From: Gemmatimonas sp. | GTDB taxonomy: Bacteria > Gemmatimonadota > Gemmatimonadetes > Gemmatimonadales > Gemmatimonadaceae | Length of the DNA stretch: 64,000 nucleotides | NCBI GenBank assembly: GCA_965279375.1 | Contig: OZ257156.1 | Coordinates: forward strand, 5,216,001 to 5,280,000 | Reading direction: 5' to 3' | Shown here: piece after piece, positions 9,806-18,861 of the stretch | Position numbering within the stretch: position 1 is the stretch's first letter | Layout of the letters: the number at the start of each line of letters is the position of its first letter | The notes under the pieces: model-generated | Database searches by the model: none | Told to the model about the DNA's origin: nothing | What the model saw: only the letters and a program-made list of their open reading frames with translations | Position numbers and translations under genes: made by a program

Positions 9806-10975
9806 ATGACTGATGTCGTGATCGTCAGCGCCGTGCGCAGCGCCGTCGCCCGTGGCAAGGCCGATGGCTCGCTGGCCGGTGTGCACCCGGTGGATCTCTC
9901 GTCCACCGTGATGAAGGCCGCGCTCGAGCGCGCCAAGTTGGACCCTGCACTCGTGGAAGACGTGCAGTGGGGCTGTGCCATGCCGGAAGCCTCGCAGGGA
10001 CTCAATCACGCGCGCTTGGCGTGGTTGCGCGGAGGGCTGCCAGTCGAAACATCGGCGGCCACCATCAACCGTTTCTGTTCCTCCGGTTTGCAAGCGGTCG
10101 CATACGCCGCGCAGGCCATCAAGAGCGGCATGGGCGATACCGTTCTCGCCGGCGGCACCGAGCTGATGTCGCAGGTGCCCATGTCGGGCTACAACGCGCG
10201 CCTCTCACCCGAGATCACCGAGAGCTACATCGGCATGGGCTTCACCGCCGAGCGTGTCGCCAAGCAGTGGGAGATCTCGCGCGAACAGCAGGACCAGTTC
10301 GCGTTCGACAGCCAGCAGAAGGCCGCACGTGCGATCGCAGCCGGTGTGTTTGTGCCGGAGATCGTGCCAGTGGCGGTCAAGAAGTATGCGTGGAAGGGCG
10401 CCAACAAGACGGTGACGGAACTGTCGTTCGACACCGATGAATGCCCGCGTGCTGAAACCACGCTGGAAGGGCTGGGCAAGCTGCGCCCGGCCTTCGTACC
10501 GACGGGATCGGTCACCGCGGGCAACGCGAGCCCCTACTCCGATGGCTCCGCCGCTGTACTCGTGATGAGCGCCGAGCGCGCCAAGGCCGAAGGCATCGCG
10601 CCACTCGCGCGCTTCGTGAGCTTTGCTACCGCGGGTGTGTCGCCAGACATCATGGGCGTCGGTCCCATCAAGGCCGTGCCCAAGGCACTCGCGCGCGCGG
10701 GACTCACGCTCAACGACATCAAGCTGATCGAGTTGAACGAAGCCTTCGCAGCGCAGGGGCTCGCCGTCATGAAGGATCTGGGCATGGACCCGGCCATCAC
10801 CAACGTCAATGGCGGTGCGATCGCGCTCGGCCATCCGCTCGGCGCCACCGGCGCAAAGCTCACGACGCAACTCGTGCATGAACTGCGTCGCCGCGGCGGC
10901 GGCTACGGCCTCGTGACGATGTGCATCGGCGGGGGCATGGGCGCGGCTGGTATCTTCGAGGTGTACGGAGCGTGA
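9806..10975 (+). CDS. fadA: Acetyl-CoA C-acyltransferase (3-ketoacyl-CoA thiolase)
   Basis: INRFCSSG, NEAFA, GGAIALGHPLGATG, MCIGGGMG; AGGAG RBS. Confidence 0.95.
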   Translation: MTDVVIVSAVRSAVARGKADGSLAGVHPVDLSSTVMKAALERAKLDPALVEDVQWGCAMPEASQGLNHARLAWLRGGLPVETSAATINRFCSSGLQAVAYAAQAIKSGMGDTVLAGGTELMSQVPMSGYNARLSPEITESYIGMGFTAERVAKQWEISREQQDQFAFDSQQKAARAIAAGVFVPEIVPVAVKKYAWKGANKTVTELSFDTDECPRAETTLEGLGKLRPAFVPTGSVTAGNASPYSDGSAAVLVMSAERAKAEGIAPLARFVSFATAGVSPDIMGVGPIKAVPKALARAGLTLNDIKLIELNEAFAAQGLAVMKDLGMDPAITNVNGGAIALGHPLGATGAKLTTQLVHELRRRGGGYGLVTMCIGGGMGAAGIFEVYGA

Positions 10976-11532
10976 GCGCGCCGTTGAAGAAGATTCAGGT
11001 GCAGGGAGTCCACCACATCACGCTGGTGGGCTCCACCAAGCAGAGCGCCATCGACTTCTGGCAGGGCGTGCTCGGCATGCCCTTCATCTTCGAGCAGCCC
11101 AACCTCGGCAAGCCGGACGAGAATCACATCTACTTCGATCCGGGCGACGGGCGGCTGTTGACCGTCTTCACGAACGAGTCGCGCACGGATGCAGCACGTC
11201 CGGCGCCACGCGAGATCGGCTGCGTGGAGCACATCGCGTTCAATGTGTCGCGCGCGACGTTTCTCTTGGCGCCCGAACGGCTGCGCGAACGCGGCATCGA
11301 GTTCATTCAGCGCGATCGCGGCTTCATGGACTCGATCTACCTGCAGGATCCCAACGGACTCAAAGTCGAACTCGCCTGCTACAAGTTCGAAACGCCCGAA
11401 GGCTTCCGCGACGCGGATGTCATGATCGCCGCGCATCGCCTGCGCGTGGAACGAGGTGACCACCACATCACCGAACATCATCTCGCAGACGCCATCGAAC
11501 AGCTCCTCGCGACACGAGATCGACTGACGTAG
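10972..11532 (+). CDS. VOC / glyoxalase family protein
   Basis: GVHHITL, EHIAFNV, SIYLQDPNGLKVEL; GTGA overlap with the thiolase stop. Confidence 0.9.
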   Translation: MSAPLKKIQVQGVHHITLVGSTKQSAIDFWQGVLGMPFIFEQPNLGKPDENHIYFDPGDGRLLTVFTNESRTDAARPAPREIGCVEHIAFNVSRATFLLAPERLRERGIEFIQRDRGFMDSIYLQDPNGLKVELACYKFETPEGFRDADVMIAAHRLRVERGDHHITEHHLADAIEQLLATRDRLT

Positions 11533-11564
11533 CGGACCACACCCGCGCGCGGTATGCTCTGGGA

Positions 11565-13349
11565 ATGAGACTCTCGTCCCCACGTTCATCGCTGTTGGCA
11601 TCCGCCGCCGCACTGCTTGCTGGAGTCGTCGCCTGCTCCGGTGCACCAGATCCGGCCCCCGGCCCGCCTCGCGCTGCGTCCAGCTCGGCCGCGGCCAGCG
11701 GCGCATCGCCGATCGATCGCGATCTGCTCGACGTCACCGTCCCTAAGCTGACGCAGCTGTACGCCGACAAGCGCTACACCGTCAAGCAAGTCATCGAGTG
11801 GCACCTCGCGCGCATCGATCGCTACAACGGCGTGTACGGTGCCATCGAAACGGTCCTCCGCGCCTCCGCACTCGCTGACGCCGAGCGGCTAGACGCATCC
11901 GACGCAACGGCAACACGCGGACCGCTGTGGGGCGTGCCTATCGTCATCAAGGCCAACACCAGCATCGCCGGCGAAATCACCACGGCGGGGTGGGCCGGCT
12001 TCACGCGCGCCGGCCACGAACTCATCGCGCCGATGGATGCCACGATCGTCGCCAAGTTCCGCGCGGCGGGAGCGATCATCGTCGGCATCGCCAACATGCC
12101 CGATCTCGCCAACAGCGACACCAATCGCAGCACGTCGTTCGGGCGCACGGGCAACGCGTACGACGTGCGCTTCTCGCCCGGCGGTTCATCCGGCGGCGTG
12201 GTCACCGCCGTGGCCGCGAACTTTGCGGTGCTGGGCAACGGGACTGATACGGGCAACTCCATTCGCATGCCCGCTGCGACGAGCGCGCTGGTGGGTGTAT
12301 TCCCCACGCGCGGCCTCGTGAGCATCGCCGGCATTGCACCGCTCGACTGGCTGCTCGACAACACAGGCCCCATTGCGCGCACCACCGAAGACGCGGCCAT
12401 CGCGCTCGATGTCATGGTCGGCGCCGATTCGCTCGACGCACGCACGCTCAGCGCCCCCGATAGCGCATTCCGCGTCTCGCACGCCAAGTCCATCGCCACG
12501 GCTTCGCTCAAGGGAAAACGCTTTGGCGTGCCGGCATTCATGATGGCGGGCAGCGGCATCCCGTTTCACGGCATTCCCTATGGCGTGCAGGAAGCCGTCG
12601 CCGACTCGCTCCGCACGTTGGCCAATCAACCGTTGCGCGCCGACACACGCGCCATGTTCATGAAGGCACTCGACGCACTGCGCGCCGCCGGTGCTGAGAT
12701 CGTGATGGACAACAGTGCACTCGGCACCGATTTCGCCAAGCTGTCGAGTCGCGTCTCCACGTACGCATACATGAAGGACGGCACCGATCAGTTCCTCGCG
12801 AAATTCGGACCGCCGGGTTACCACTCCGCTGCGGACTACCTCAAGTCGGTTGGATCGCCGCTCTTCACGTCATCGATTGGCACGGAAGACTTCTTCCGCA
12901 ACCTTGGCACGGTGCGTCTCGATCAACGCGTTCTCGCAACTGATCCGGACGCCGAGCGCATGTACCACGCGCCGCGACGTGCAATGCTCGATGCGTACGT
13001 GGCCACGCTGGATCGACTCAAGCTGGATGGGTTTGTGTATCCCGCGATTCAGATGCCCCCGCCAGACGAATCGATGCCGCAGGATGGGCGCTTGAGCGAA
13101 GGCCCGCACTCCGCCACGAGCTGGGTGAACATGATCGGTGTGCCCGCGGTCGTCGTCTCCGCTGGCTACTACGCCAGCGGACTGCCCTTTGGCTTGGAGT
13201 TCTCCGCGCGCCCGTGGGCCGATGCATCGCTGCTGGGCATCGCGCATGCATGGGAGCAGGCGACACCCAAGCGCCTGCCGCCCACACTCGTGGAATCGGG
13301 GTTGTTAAACGTCACGCCGGCACGAGAAGGACGCGTCGGCAAGCGCTGA
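11565..13349 (+). CDS. Amidase-signature family enzyme, lipoprotein
   Basis: Lipobox GVVAC; GVPIVIKAN (Lys), PGGSSGG, GTDTGNSIRMPA (Ser-cisSer-Lys triad). Confidence 0.92.
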   Translation: MRLSSPRSSLLASAAALLAGVVACSGAPDPAPGPPRAASSSAAASGASPIDRDLLDVTVPKLTQLYADKRYTVKQVIEWHLARIDRYNGVYGAIETVLRASALADAERLDASDATATRGPLWGVPIVIKANTSIAGEITTAGWAGFTRAGHELIAPMDATIVAKFRAAGAIIVGIANMPDLANSDTNRSTSFGRTGNAYDVRFSPGGSSGGVVTAVAANFAVLGNGTDTGNSIRMPAATSALVGVFPTRGLVSIAGIAPLDWLLDNTGPIARTTEDAAIALDVMVGADSLDARTLSAPDSAFRVSHAKSIATASLKGKRFGVPAFMMAGSGIPFHGIPYGVQEAVADSLRTLANQPLRADTRAMFMKALDALRAAGAEIVMDNSALGTDFAKLSSRVSTYAYMKDGTDQFLAKFGPPGYHSAADYLKSVGSPLFTSSIGTEDFFRNLGTVRLDQRVLATDPDAERMYHAPRRAMLDAYVATLDRLKLDGFVYPAIQMPPPDESMPQDGRLSEGPHSATSWVNMIGVPAVVVSAGYYASGLPFGLEFSARPWADASLLGIAHAWEQATPKRLPPTLVESGLLNVTPAREGRVGKR

Positions 13350-13964
13350 TCGGCGTCGCCGCGCAGCGACGCCGATCCCGGCAAGACCGGCCATCGTCAG
13401 CAGCACCGATGCAGGCTCAGGCACCACCGTCGCGTTCGGACCAAGCTGATTGATCGCGAATTCGTCGCTCGCCGTCAGCACGACACGATCAACGTCGGAT
13501 CCGGATGTGAACGCGAGCACTTCCGCCTGGTTGAGGTTCGGCGCGAGTCCGCCGCCAACCAACTGCGAGAACGAGCCGACGAGTTGGCCGAGATAGTATG
13601 CGTCCAGCTGCACCGTACCTCCCAAGACGTTGTACCACGCCTGCGTTCCGAACGCGCGGATCGGGGAGGCAAAGTCGAGGGTCATGATGTTGTTCCCCGC
13701 TCCGAACAGCAAGAAGTCGCCGTCAGAGAATCCGCCTTCCAGGTCAACGCCGGAGACAACCGTCGGCCCCCACCAGTCCACGCCATTGGTGGTGGCAGTC
13801 ACGCCGCCCAGCGTCGTCGTCGGCGCCGCGCTGATGGAGCTCCACACGAGCCCGAACGCGTTGCTCGGACGGCTGTACTCCTGGAGGAACTGCGCATGTG
13901 CTGGCATGGCGGTCGCCAACAGTGCACCGAGCGCAACGACGGAACGACGAATGAACTGACGCAT
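13305..13964 (-). CDS. PEP-CTERM sorting-domain surface protein
   Basis: Signal peptide ending AMPAHA-Q; C-terminal VVPEPASVLLTMAGLAGIGVAARRRR; GAGG RBS 6 nt before ATG 13964. Confidence 0.9.
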   Translation of the reverse strand: MRQFIRRSVVALGALLATAMPAHAQFLQEYSRPSNAFGLVWSSISAAPTTTLGGVTATTNGVDWWGPTVVSGVDLEGGFSDGDFLLFGAGNNIMTLDFASPIRAFGTQAWYNVLGGTVQLDAYYLGQLVGSFSQLVGGGLAPNLNQAEVLAFTSGSDVDRVVLTASDEFAINQLGPNATVVPEPASVLLTMAGLAGIGVAARRRRSALADASFSCRRDV

Positions 13965-14044
13965 GGACATCCTCAGCAGGAACATGGACAAGGAGTGTGG
14001 TGCGACGTTGGCGGTCAATTGAGACAAGCGCGGCGCATGCGCAC

Positions 14045-15334
14045 TCATCGATCGCTCAAGGTCTTGAGATACTTCACGAGCGCCGCTTCTTCCTGCGGCG
14101 TGAGACCGAGGTTGCCGAGTTCATCGACGTTCACGTTCGCGGCCACTTCCGGAGCGGGCCAGCAGGTATTGCCATAGCGCGGATCGTTGGGCAGCACGAT
14201 GCCGATGCAGTGCGGTAGCACGTCGCGCGTGTTGTAGAAGTGCACGACCTGTTCGATGCTCTTGAACGCGCCGTTATGCATGTACGACTTCGCATCGAAC
14301 ACAGACGGACGCTTGTCCATGTTGCGCAGCGTCGGGACCTTCTGCGCGCCGTGCAGATCGACGTCGCCAAGCACGCCGCCCAGTCCAAGGTCCACAAAGC
14401 CGTTGGCAACGCGCGCCGGGTTCAGCGGATTGGCCGGCACACCGATGTTGTCGTACGTGAAGTCGGTGAACAGCGCCTTCTGCCCGGCATTCGGATGACA
14501 GCCGGCGCATCCCGCCTTGTTCTCGAAGAGATCGAGCCCCGCCAGTTCCTCGGCCGTGAGCTGCTCCGTGCCTGCCAGGTAGCGATCGTACTTGCTGTTG
14601 AATGGGCTCACCTTCGTCGAGCCCTCGAAGGCCGCGATGCTGAGCGCAATGTTCACGTATTCGGCATTGACCTTGGCGCGTTCGGCAGGCGCCAGCGGCA
14701 CTGTGATCTTCTCGCGGGCGCACAATCCCTTGGTCGTGGCGGCGAACGGGATGGTACCGATCTGATTGCCCCAGACCGCCTTGTACTTGGCGATATAGGT
14801 CGACGTCACCACGCTCGCGACGACACACGCCTTGTCGGCGAGCGCCATCTCCGGATGGCCGAGGAATGGATCCATCGCCTGATCTGCGGCCGGATTGCCC
14901 GTGATCAGACCCGTCGCACGTCCATCCCAGAACATGCCGCCCACGTAGGCATCGGCATCGACGTCGAACCCGAAGACGGGACTGAACGTCGAGTAGGCAG
15001 CGGTCGGAGGACGGCGAACTCCAAATCGTCCCGCGACGGAGCCCTCCATAACGGCGCCACCCGCGTTGACCGTCGTGTTGGGCGACGTGAATCCGAAGCG
15101 CGCATCATGGCACGAGGCGCACGACTGATTGCCTTTGAGCGACAGTCGCTTGTCGTTGAACAGCGCGTCACCAACGTCGATCTTGAGCTGCTCGGCGGAG
15201 GAGACGGCGGACGCGATCTGCTGCGAACCGAGTGGAACGGCGGGCGTCGTCGGGGCGTCGGCGCACGCGGCGAGGAGCAACGCTAGCGCGCACGCGAAAG
15301 CGCGGCCTCCTAGAGGGCGAATTGCGGGAAGCAT
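14045..15334 (-). CDS. Di-heme cytochrome c peroxidase family (bCcP/MauG), lipoprotein
   Basis: Lipobox LLAAC; CASCH and CAGCH; FWDGRA, KVPTLRN, YMHNG. Confidence 0.92.
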   Translation of the reverse strand: MLPAIRPLGGRAFACALALLLAACADAPTTPAVPLGSQQIASAVSSAEQLKIDVGDALFNDKRLSLKGNQSCASCHDARFGFTSPNTTVNAGGAVMEGSVAGRFGVRRPPTAAYSTFSPVFGFDVDADAYVGGMFWDGRATGLITGNPAADQAMDPFLGHPEMALADKACVVASVVTSTYIAKYKAVWGNQIGTIPFAATTKGLCAREKITVPLAPAERAKVNAEYVNIALSIAAFEGSTKVSPFNSKYDRYLAGTEQLTAEELAGLDLFENKAGCAGCHPNAGQKALFTDFTYDNIGVPANPLNPARVANGFVDLGLGGVLGDVDLHGAQKVPTLRNMDKRPSVFDAKSYMHNGAFKSIEQVVHFYNTRDVLPHCIGIVLPNDPRYGNTCWPAPEVAANVNVDELGNLGLTPQEEAALVKYLKTLSDR

Positions 15335-15387
15335 TCTTTCGATCAGGCGGAGGGGAGCCGTACAGCAGCTGGGGACACCGCCCGCAG

Positions 15388-15403
15388 AGCAAGATCCGGA
15401 CCG
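15388..15403 (-). promoter_or_regulatory. Putative sigma-54 (-24/-12) promoter
   Basis: Minus strand cGGtccggatctTGCt = GG-N10-GC with TTGC, about 55 bp upstream of the peroxidase start. Confidence 0.45.
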
Positions 15404-15645
15404 CTTGCGATGCTCGTTACAACACCTTGAGAATTTGGACTGAACTAAATGTCGGCAATTGAGTATGAATCGGGCACTTACGCCTAATTCATGAACCTAA
15501 ACTAAACGACCCTAAAGGAATACAGGGTCGACGTTGGCGGTACTGATCGCGTCTCAAGCTGTTGAGTCCGTGCTACGCTCTCGTGGCGGGCTCACGGCAA
15601 AATGCGGCGTGGGCTCCCTCGTCGAGCAAACGTGTCGGGTATGAC

Positions 15646-16749
15646 TCACAGCGCGCGCTCGGCGGTCACTCGACGCGCTGACTCCGCGAGCGCTCGGACC
15701 ACGCCACCAAGCGCGGCAAATCGCGCATCGGCGGTGAGCCCCTGCACTGACCGCGCGTAGATCTGCTGCGCGATGATTGCGACCTTGAACAGGCCGAACG
15801 CATAGTAGAACGGCGCGTCGCTGACATCGCGGCCACTGGTCGCGCCGTACGCCTGCACCAGCTCCGCGCGCGTCATCGCCCCCGGCAGCGCGGTCACACC
15901 GAGGCCAAGCGAGCGGAAGATCGGCGCATCACCCGCTTCCACCCAATAGGCGAGCGACGTACCGAGGTCCATCAACGGATCGCCGATCGTGGCCATCTCC
16001 CAGTCGAGAATCGCACGTACGCGCGTCAGATGCTCCCGATCCAGCACAAGATTGTCGAACTTGAAGTCGTTGTGCACGAGCGACACACCGCGATCGGGCG
16101 GACGATTCGCCTCAAGCCACGCCGCCACCGCGTCGAGATCGGAGACCTCGCTCGTGCGCGAGGCGTGCCACCGCTTCGTCCACCCCTGCACCTGACGCGC
16201 CACGTATCCATCGGGGCGACCGAGCGCGGCCAGCGGCCCCTCACTGACATCAACGTCGTGCAACTGCGCCAACGTCTGCACGAAGGTGTGCGACAGTTCG
16301 CCGAGTCGTGAGGACATCGTCGCCGGCTCGGAGGTAAGCTCCGTCGGCGAAGCCCCGCGCAACACCACGCCATCCACATGCGCCATCACGAAGAATGGCG
16401 CGCCGATGATCGATGCATCGTTGCAACTCGCGATGGGCAACGGCACCGGAACGCCAAGCGGATGCAACGCCGAGAGAATGCCGTACTCGCGCAGTACGTC
16501 GTGCGCGATCCCCGGCTTCACCCCGCGTGGCGGGCGACGCAACACGAGTGCGCGCTCGCCATCCTCGGACGTGATCGCCACGAGGTACGTGAGATTGGAG
16601 AAGCCCGCCGGGAACTGTCGAACCGTCACTATCGCGCCCGCGGGCAATAGTTCTGGCACTGTCGCGCCGAGCCACGCGCGCAGCGCCGTCGGGTCCACCA
16701 GTTCACCATCGCGCACCGCGATGGTTCCGTCCGGTTGAGCGTCGCTCAT
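15646..16749 (-). CDS. APH-like phosphotransferase (ACAD10/11 N-terminal / LvaA-like)
   Basis: QFPAGFSNLTY, VLRRPP, HDVLREY, LVHNDFKFDNL, ILDWEMATIGDPLMDLG; ATGA overlap with the ACAD stop. Confidence 0.92.
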   Translation of the reverse strand: MSDAQPDGTIAVRDGELVDPTALRAWLGATVPELLPAGAIVTVRQFPAGFSNLTYLVAITSEDGERALVLRRPPRGVKPGIAHDVLREYGILSALHPLGVPVPLPIASCNDASIIGAPFFVMAHVDGVVLRGASPTELTSEPATMSSRLGELSHTFVQTLAQLHDVDVSEGPLAALGRPDGYVARQVQGWTKRWHASRTSEVSDLDAVAAWLEANRPPDRGVSLVHNDFKFDNLVLDREHLTRVRAILDWEMATIGDPLMDLGTSLAYWVEAGDAPIFRSLGLGVTALPGAMTRAELVQAYGATSGRDVSDAPFYYAFGLFKVAIIAQQIYARSVQGLTADARFAALGGVVRALAESARRVTAERAL

Positions 16750-17990
16750 CCGCGCGCAGGGATTGCTGGAGGCAGATACGGCTTGAGTGCCCGTCGCGCA
16801 ATCACGGACTTGTGAACCTCGTCTGCGCCGTCGTAGATGCGCGCGGCCCGTTCGTGGCGGTACCACCACGCGAGCGGCGTGTCATCCGTCATGCCCAGCG
16901 CACCGTGCGCCTGAATCGCGCGGTCGAGCACACGCTGCAGCGTGTTCGCCACAAAGACCTTGATGTACGCGATCTCCTCGCGCGCCGCCTGCTGCCCTTC
17001 GCGCGCAATCTTTGTCGCTGCATCCAGCACCATCAATCGCGCCGCATGGATCTCGATGCGCGACTCGGCGATCCAGAACTGCACCGCCTGCTTGTCCGCC
17101 AACGGCGCGCCCGGCGACAGCTCACGCTCGGCGGCACGACGACACATCAGATCGAAGGCGCGTTCGCAAATGCCTATCCAGCGCATGCAGTGATGAATGC
17201 GCCCGGGGCCTAGCCTCTCCTGCGCCAGTGCGAATCCTGCGCCCTGCGGCCCAAGGAGATTGCGCACCGGCACGCGCACGCCGTCAAAGCGCACTTCGGC
17301 ATGACTCGCCCAGCCACCGCCTGCCTCACCCATCACGGAGATATTGCGCACGAGCGTGTAACCGTCCGCCGGCAGCGGTACGAGAATCTGACTCGCGCGC
17401 GCATGCGGCACCTTCGCCTCGGGATCGGTCACCGCCATCACCACGGCAAACGCGGCGCCGTCCGCGCTCGACGTGAACCACTTGTGTCCGGTGATCACGA
17501 ACTCGTCGCCGTCGCGCACTGCACGCGTCGACATCCACACCGGATTCGATCCCGCGTGTTCGGGCTCCGTCATAGCGAAGCAGCTGCGAATCTCGCCGCG
17601 CGCCAACGGCTCCAGAAACTGCGCGCGCTGTTCGTCCGTGCCGAACTGCAGCAGCAGCTCCATGTTCCCGACGTCCGGCGCCTGACAGTTGCACACGTAC
17701 GGCCCGAACGGCGTCCAGCCCAGCACCTCGGATAGCCGAGCGTAGGCATCGAGCGGGAGATCGCGACCGCCGAGTGACGCGGGAAGAAACGGCGACCACA
17801 ATCCCAGCGCACGCGCGCGTGAACGCAGCGTCGCCAGCGTTGGCTCGATCGACGCCCAGCTCCCCTGCATGAGCACCGGCTCGAGAGGCACCAGCTCGTC
17901 GCGTACAAAAGCGCGCGCCGTCGCGAGCAACGCATCCAGCTCGACTGCGGACATTGGCATCGATGCGTGCACAGCAGCGGCGTGGCTCAT
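16746..17990 (-). CDS. Acyl-CoA dehydrogenase (ACAD10/11 C-terminal / LvaC-like)
   Basis: NCQAPDVGNME, FAMTEP, GHKWFTS, QERLGPGRIHHCMR, IQAHGALG, RIYDGADEVH. Confidence 0.95.
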   Translation of the reverse strand: MSHAAAVHASMPMSAVELDALLATARAFVRDELVPLEPVLMQGSWASIEPTLATLRSRARALGLWSPFLPASLGGRDLPLDAYARLSEVLGWTPFGPYVCNCQAPDVGNMELLLQFGTDEQRAQFLEPLARGEIRSCFAMTEPEHAGSNPVWMSTRAVRDGDEFVITGHKWFTSSADGAAFAVVMAVTDPEAKVPHARASQILVPLPADGYTLVRNISVMGEAGGGWASHAEVRFDGVRVPVRNLLGPQGAGFALAQERLGPGRIHHCMRWIGICERAFDLMCRRAAERELSPGAPLADKQAVQFWIAESRIEIHAARLMVLDAATKIAREGQQAAREEIAYIKVFVANTLQRVLDRAIQAHGALGMTDDTPLAWWYRHERAARIYDGADEVHKSVIARRALKPYLPPAIPARG

Positions 17991-18787
17991 GTCAGGTAGC
18001 CGCCATCGACCATGTACACACCGCCGGTGCAGTACGACGACGCCTCCGACGCGAGAAACAACGCGAGCCCCGACACATCTTCCGGAACACCGATTCGACG
18101 AATGGGCTGATGCCCCAGCACCTGCTGTGCGATTTGTTCATCCTGCCACAGCGCCTGACTGAACTTGGTCTTGATCAATCCCGGACAGATCACGTTCGCG
18201 CGAATGCCGTCGGCGCCCCACTCCTGCGCCATCACCTTGGTCAGCGACACGAGCGCCGCCTTGCTCACGCTGTACAACCCAAGCCCTGCTTCCGGCGACA
18301 CGCCGCCAATGCTCGAAATGTTCACGATCGAGCCACCACCGCGTTGAGCCATGACCGTGTGCGCGGTGCGACACAGCTCGAGCGGCCCTTTGAGGTTCAC
18401 CCCGAAGATCTTCGTGAACGCTTCGTCGGTGGACTGCTGCAGCGGCCCGAACACCGGATTCGTGGCGGCATTGTTGACGATGATGTCGATCCCGTCGAAG
18501 TGCTGCACCGCGCGCGCCGCGAGTTCATGACAGTCCGACGCATTGCCCATGTGCGCAGGCACGCCCACGACCGTGTGCCCCTCCTCGCTCAAGGCTCGCA
18601 CCACGGCGTCCACATGCTCCGGCCGTCGGCTCGAAATCACGACCTTCGCGCCCGCGCGCGCAAACGTCGTGGCGATCGCCAACCCGATGCCGCGCGTGGC
18701 TCCCGTCACGATCGCCACCTTGCCATCAAGGCGGAGTCGCGAAATGGCGTCGTCGTGCGGAGGCGTCAGTGGCTCGATGGCGGACAT
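17987..18787 (-). CDS. SDR oxidoreductase (DHRS4-like)
   Basis: TGATRGIG, VNNAATNP, NISS, YSVSK, PGLIKTKFS; GGAG RBS. Confidence 0.93.
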   Translation of the reverse strand: MSAIEPLTPPHDDAISRLRLDGKVAIVTGATRGIGLAIATTFARAGAKVVISSRRPEHVDAVVRALSEEGHTVVGVPAHMGNASDCHELAARAVQHFDGIDIIVNNAATNPVFGPLQQSTDEAFTKIFGVNLKGPLELCRTAHTVMAQRGGGSIVNISSIGGVSPEAGLGLYSVSKAALVSLTKVMAQEWGADGIRANVICPGLIKTKFSQALWQDEQIAQQVLGHQPIRRIGVPEDVSGLALFLASEASSYCTGGVYMVDGGYLT

Positions 18788-18822
18788 CGGATACACTCCG
18801 AAAGGAGGAAGAGACGAAACTA

Positions 18823-18861
18823 GCGATCCATCAACGATTCATCGGCGATTCATCAGCGATC
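18823..18861. repeat. 11-bp tandem direct repeats (about 3.5 units)
   Basis: gcgatccatca / acgattcatcg / gcgattcatca / gcgatc. Confidence 0.75.

Noticed and set aside
15540..15645. Riboswitch (e.g. c-di-GMP) in the long intergenic region
   Set aside because: Only an isolated ggcaaaa; the paired stems and tetraloop receptor could not be built.
15646..16749. Aminoglycoside resistance gene
   Set aside because: Sequence and operon context match the ACAD10/11-associated kinase subfamily.
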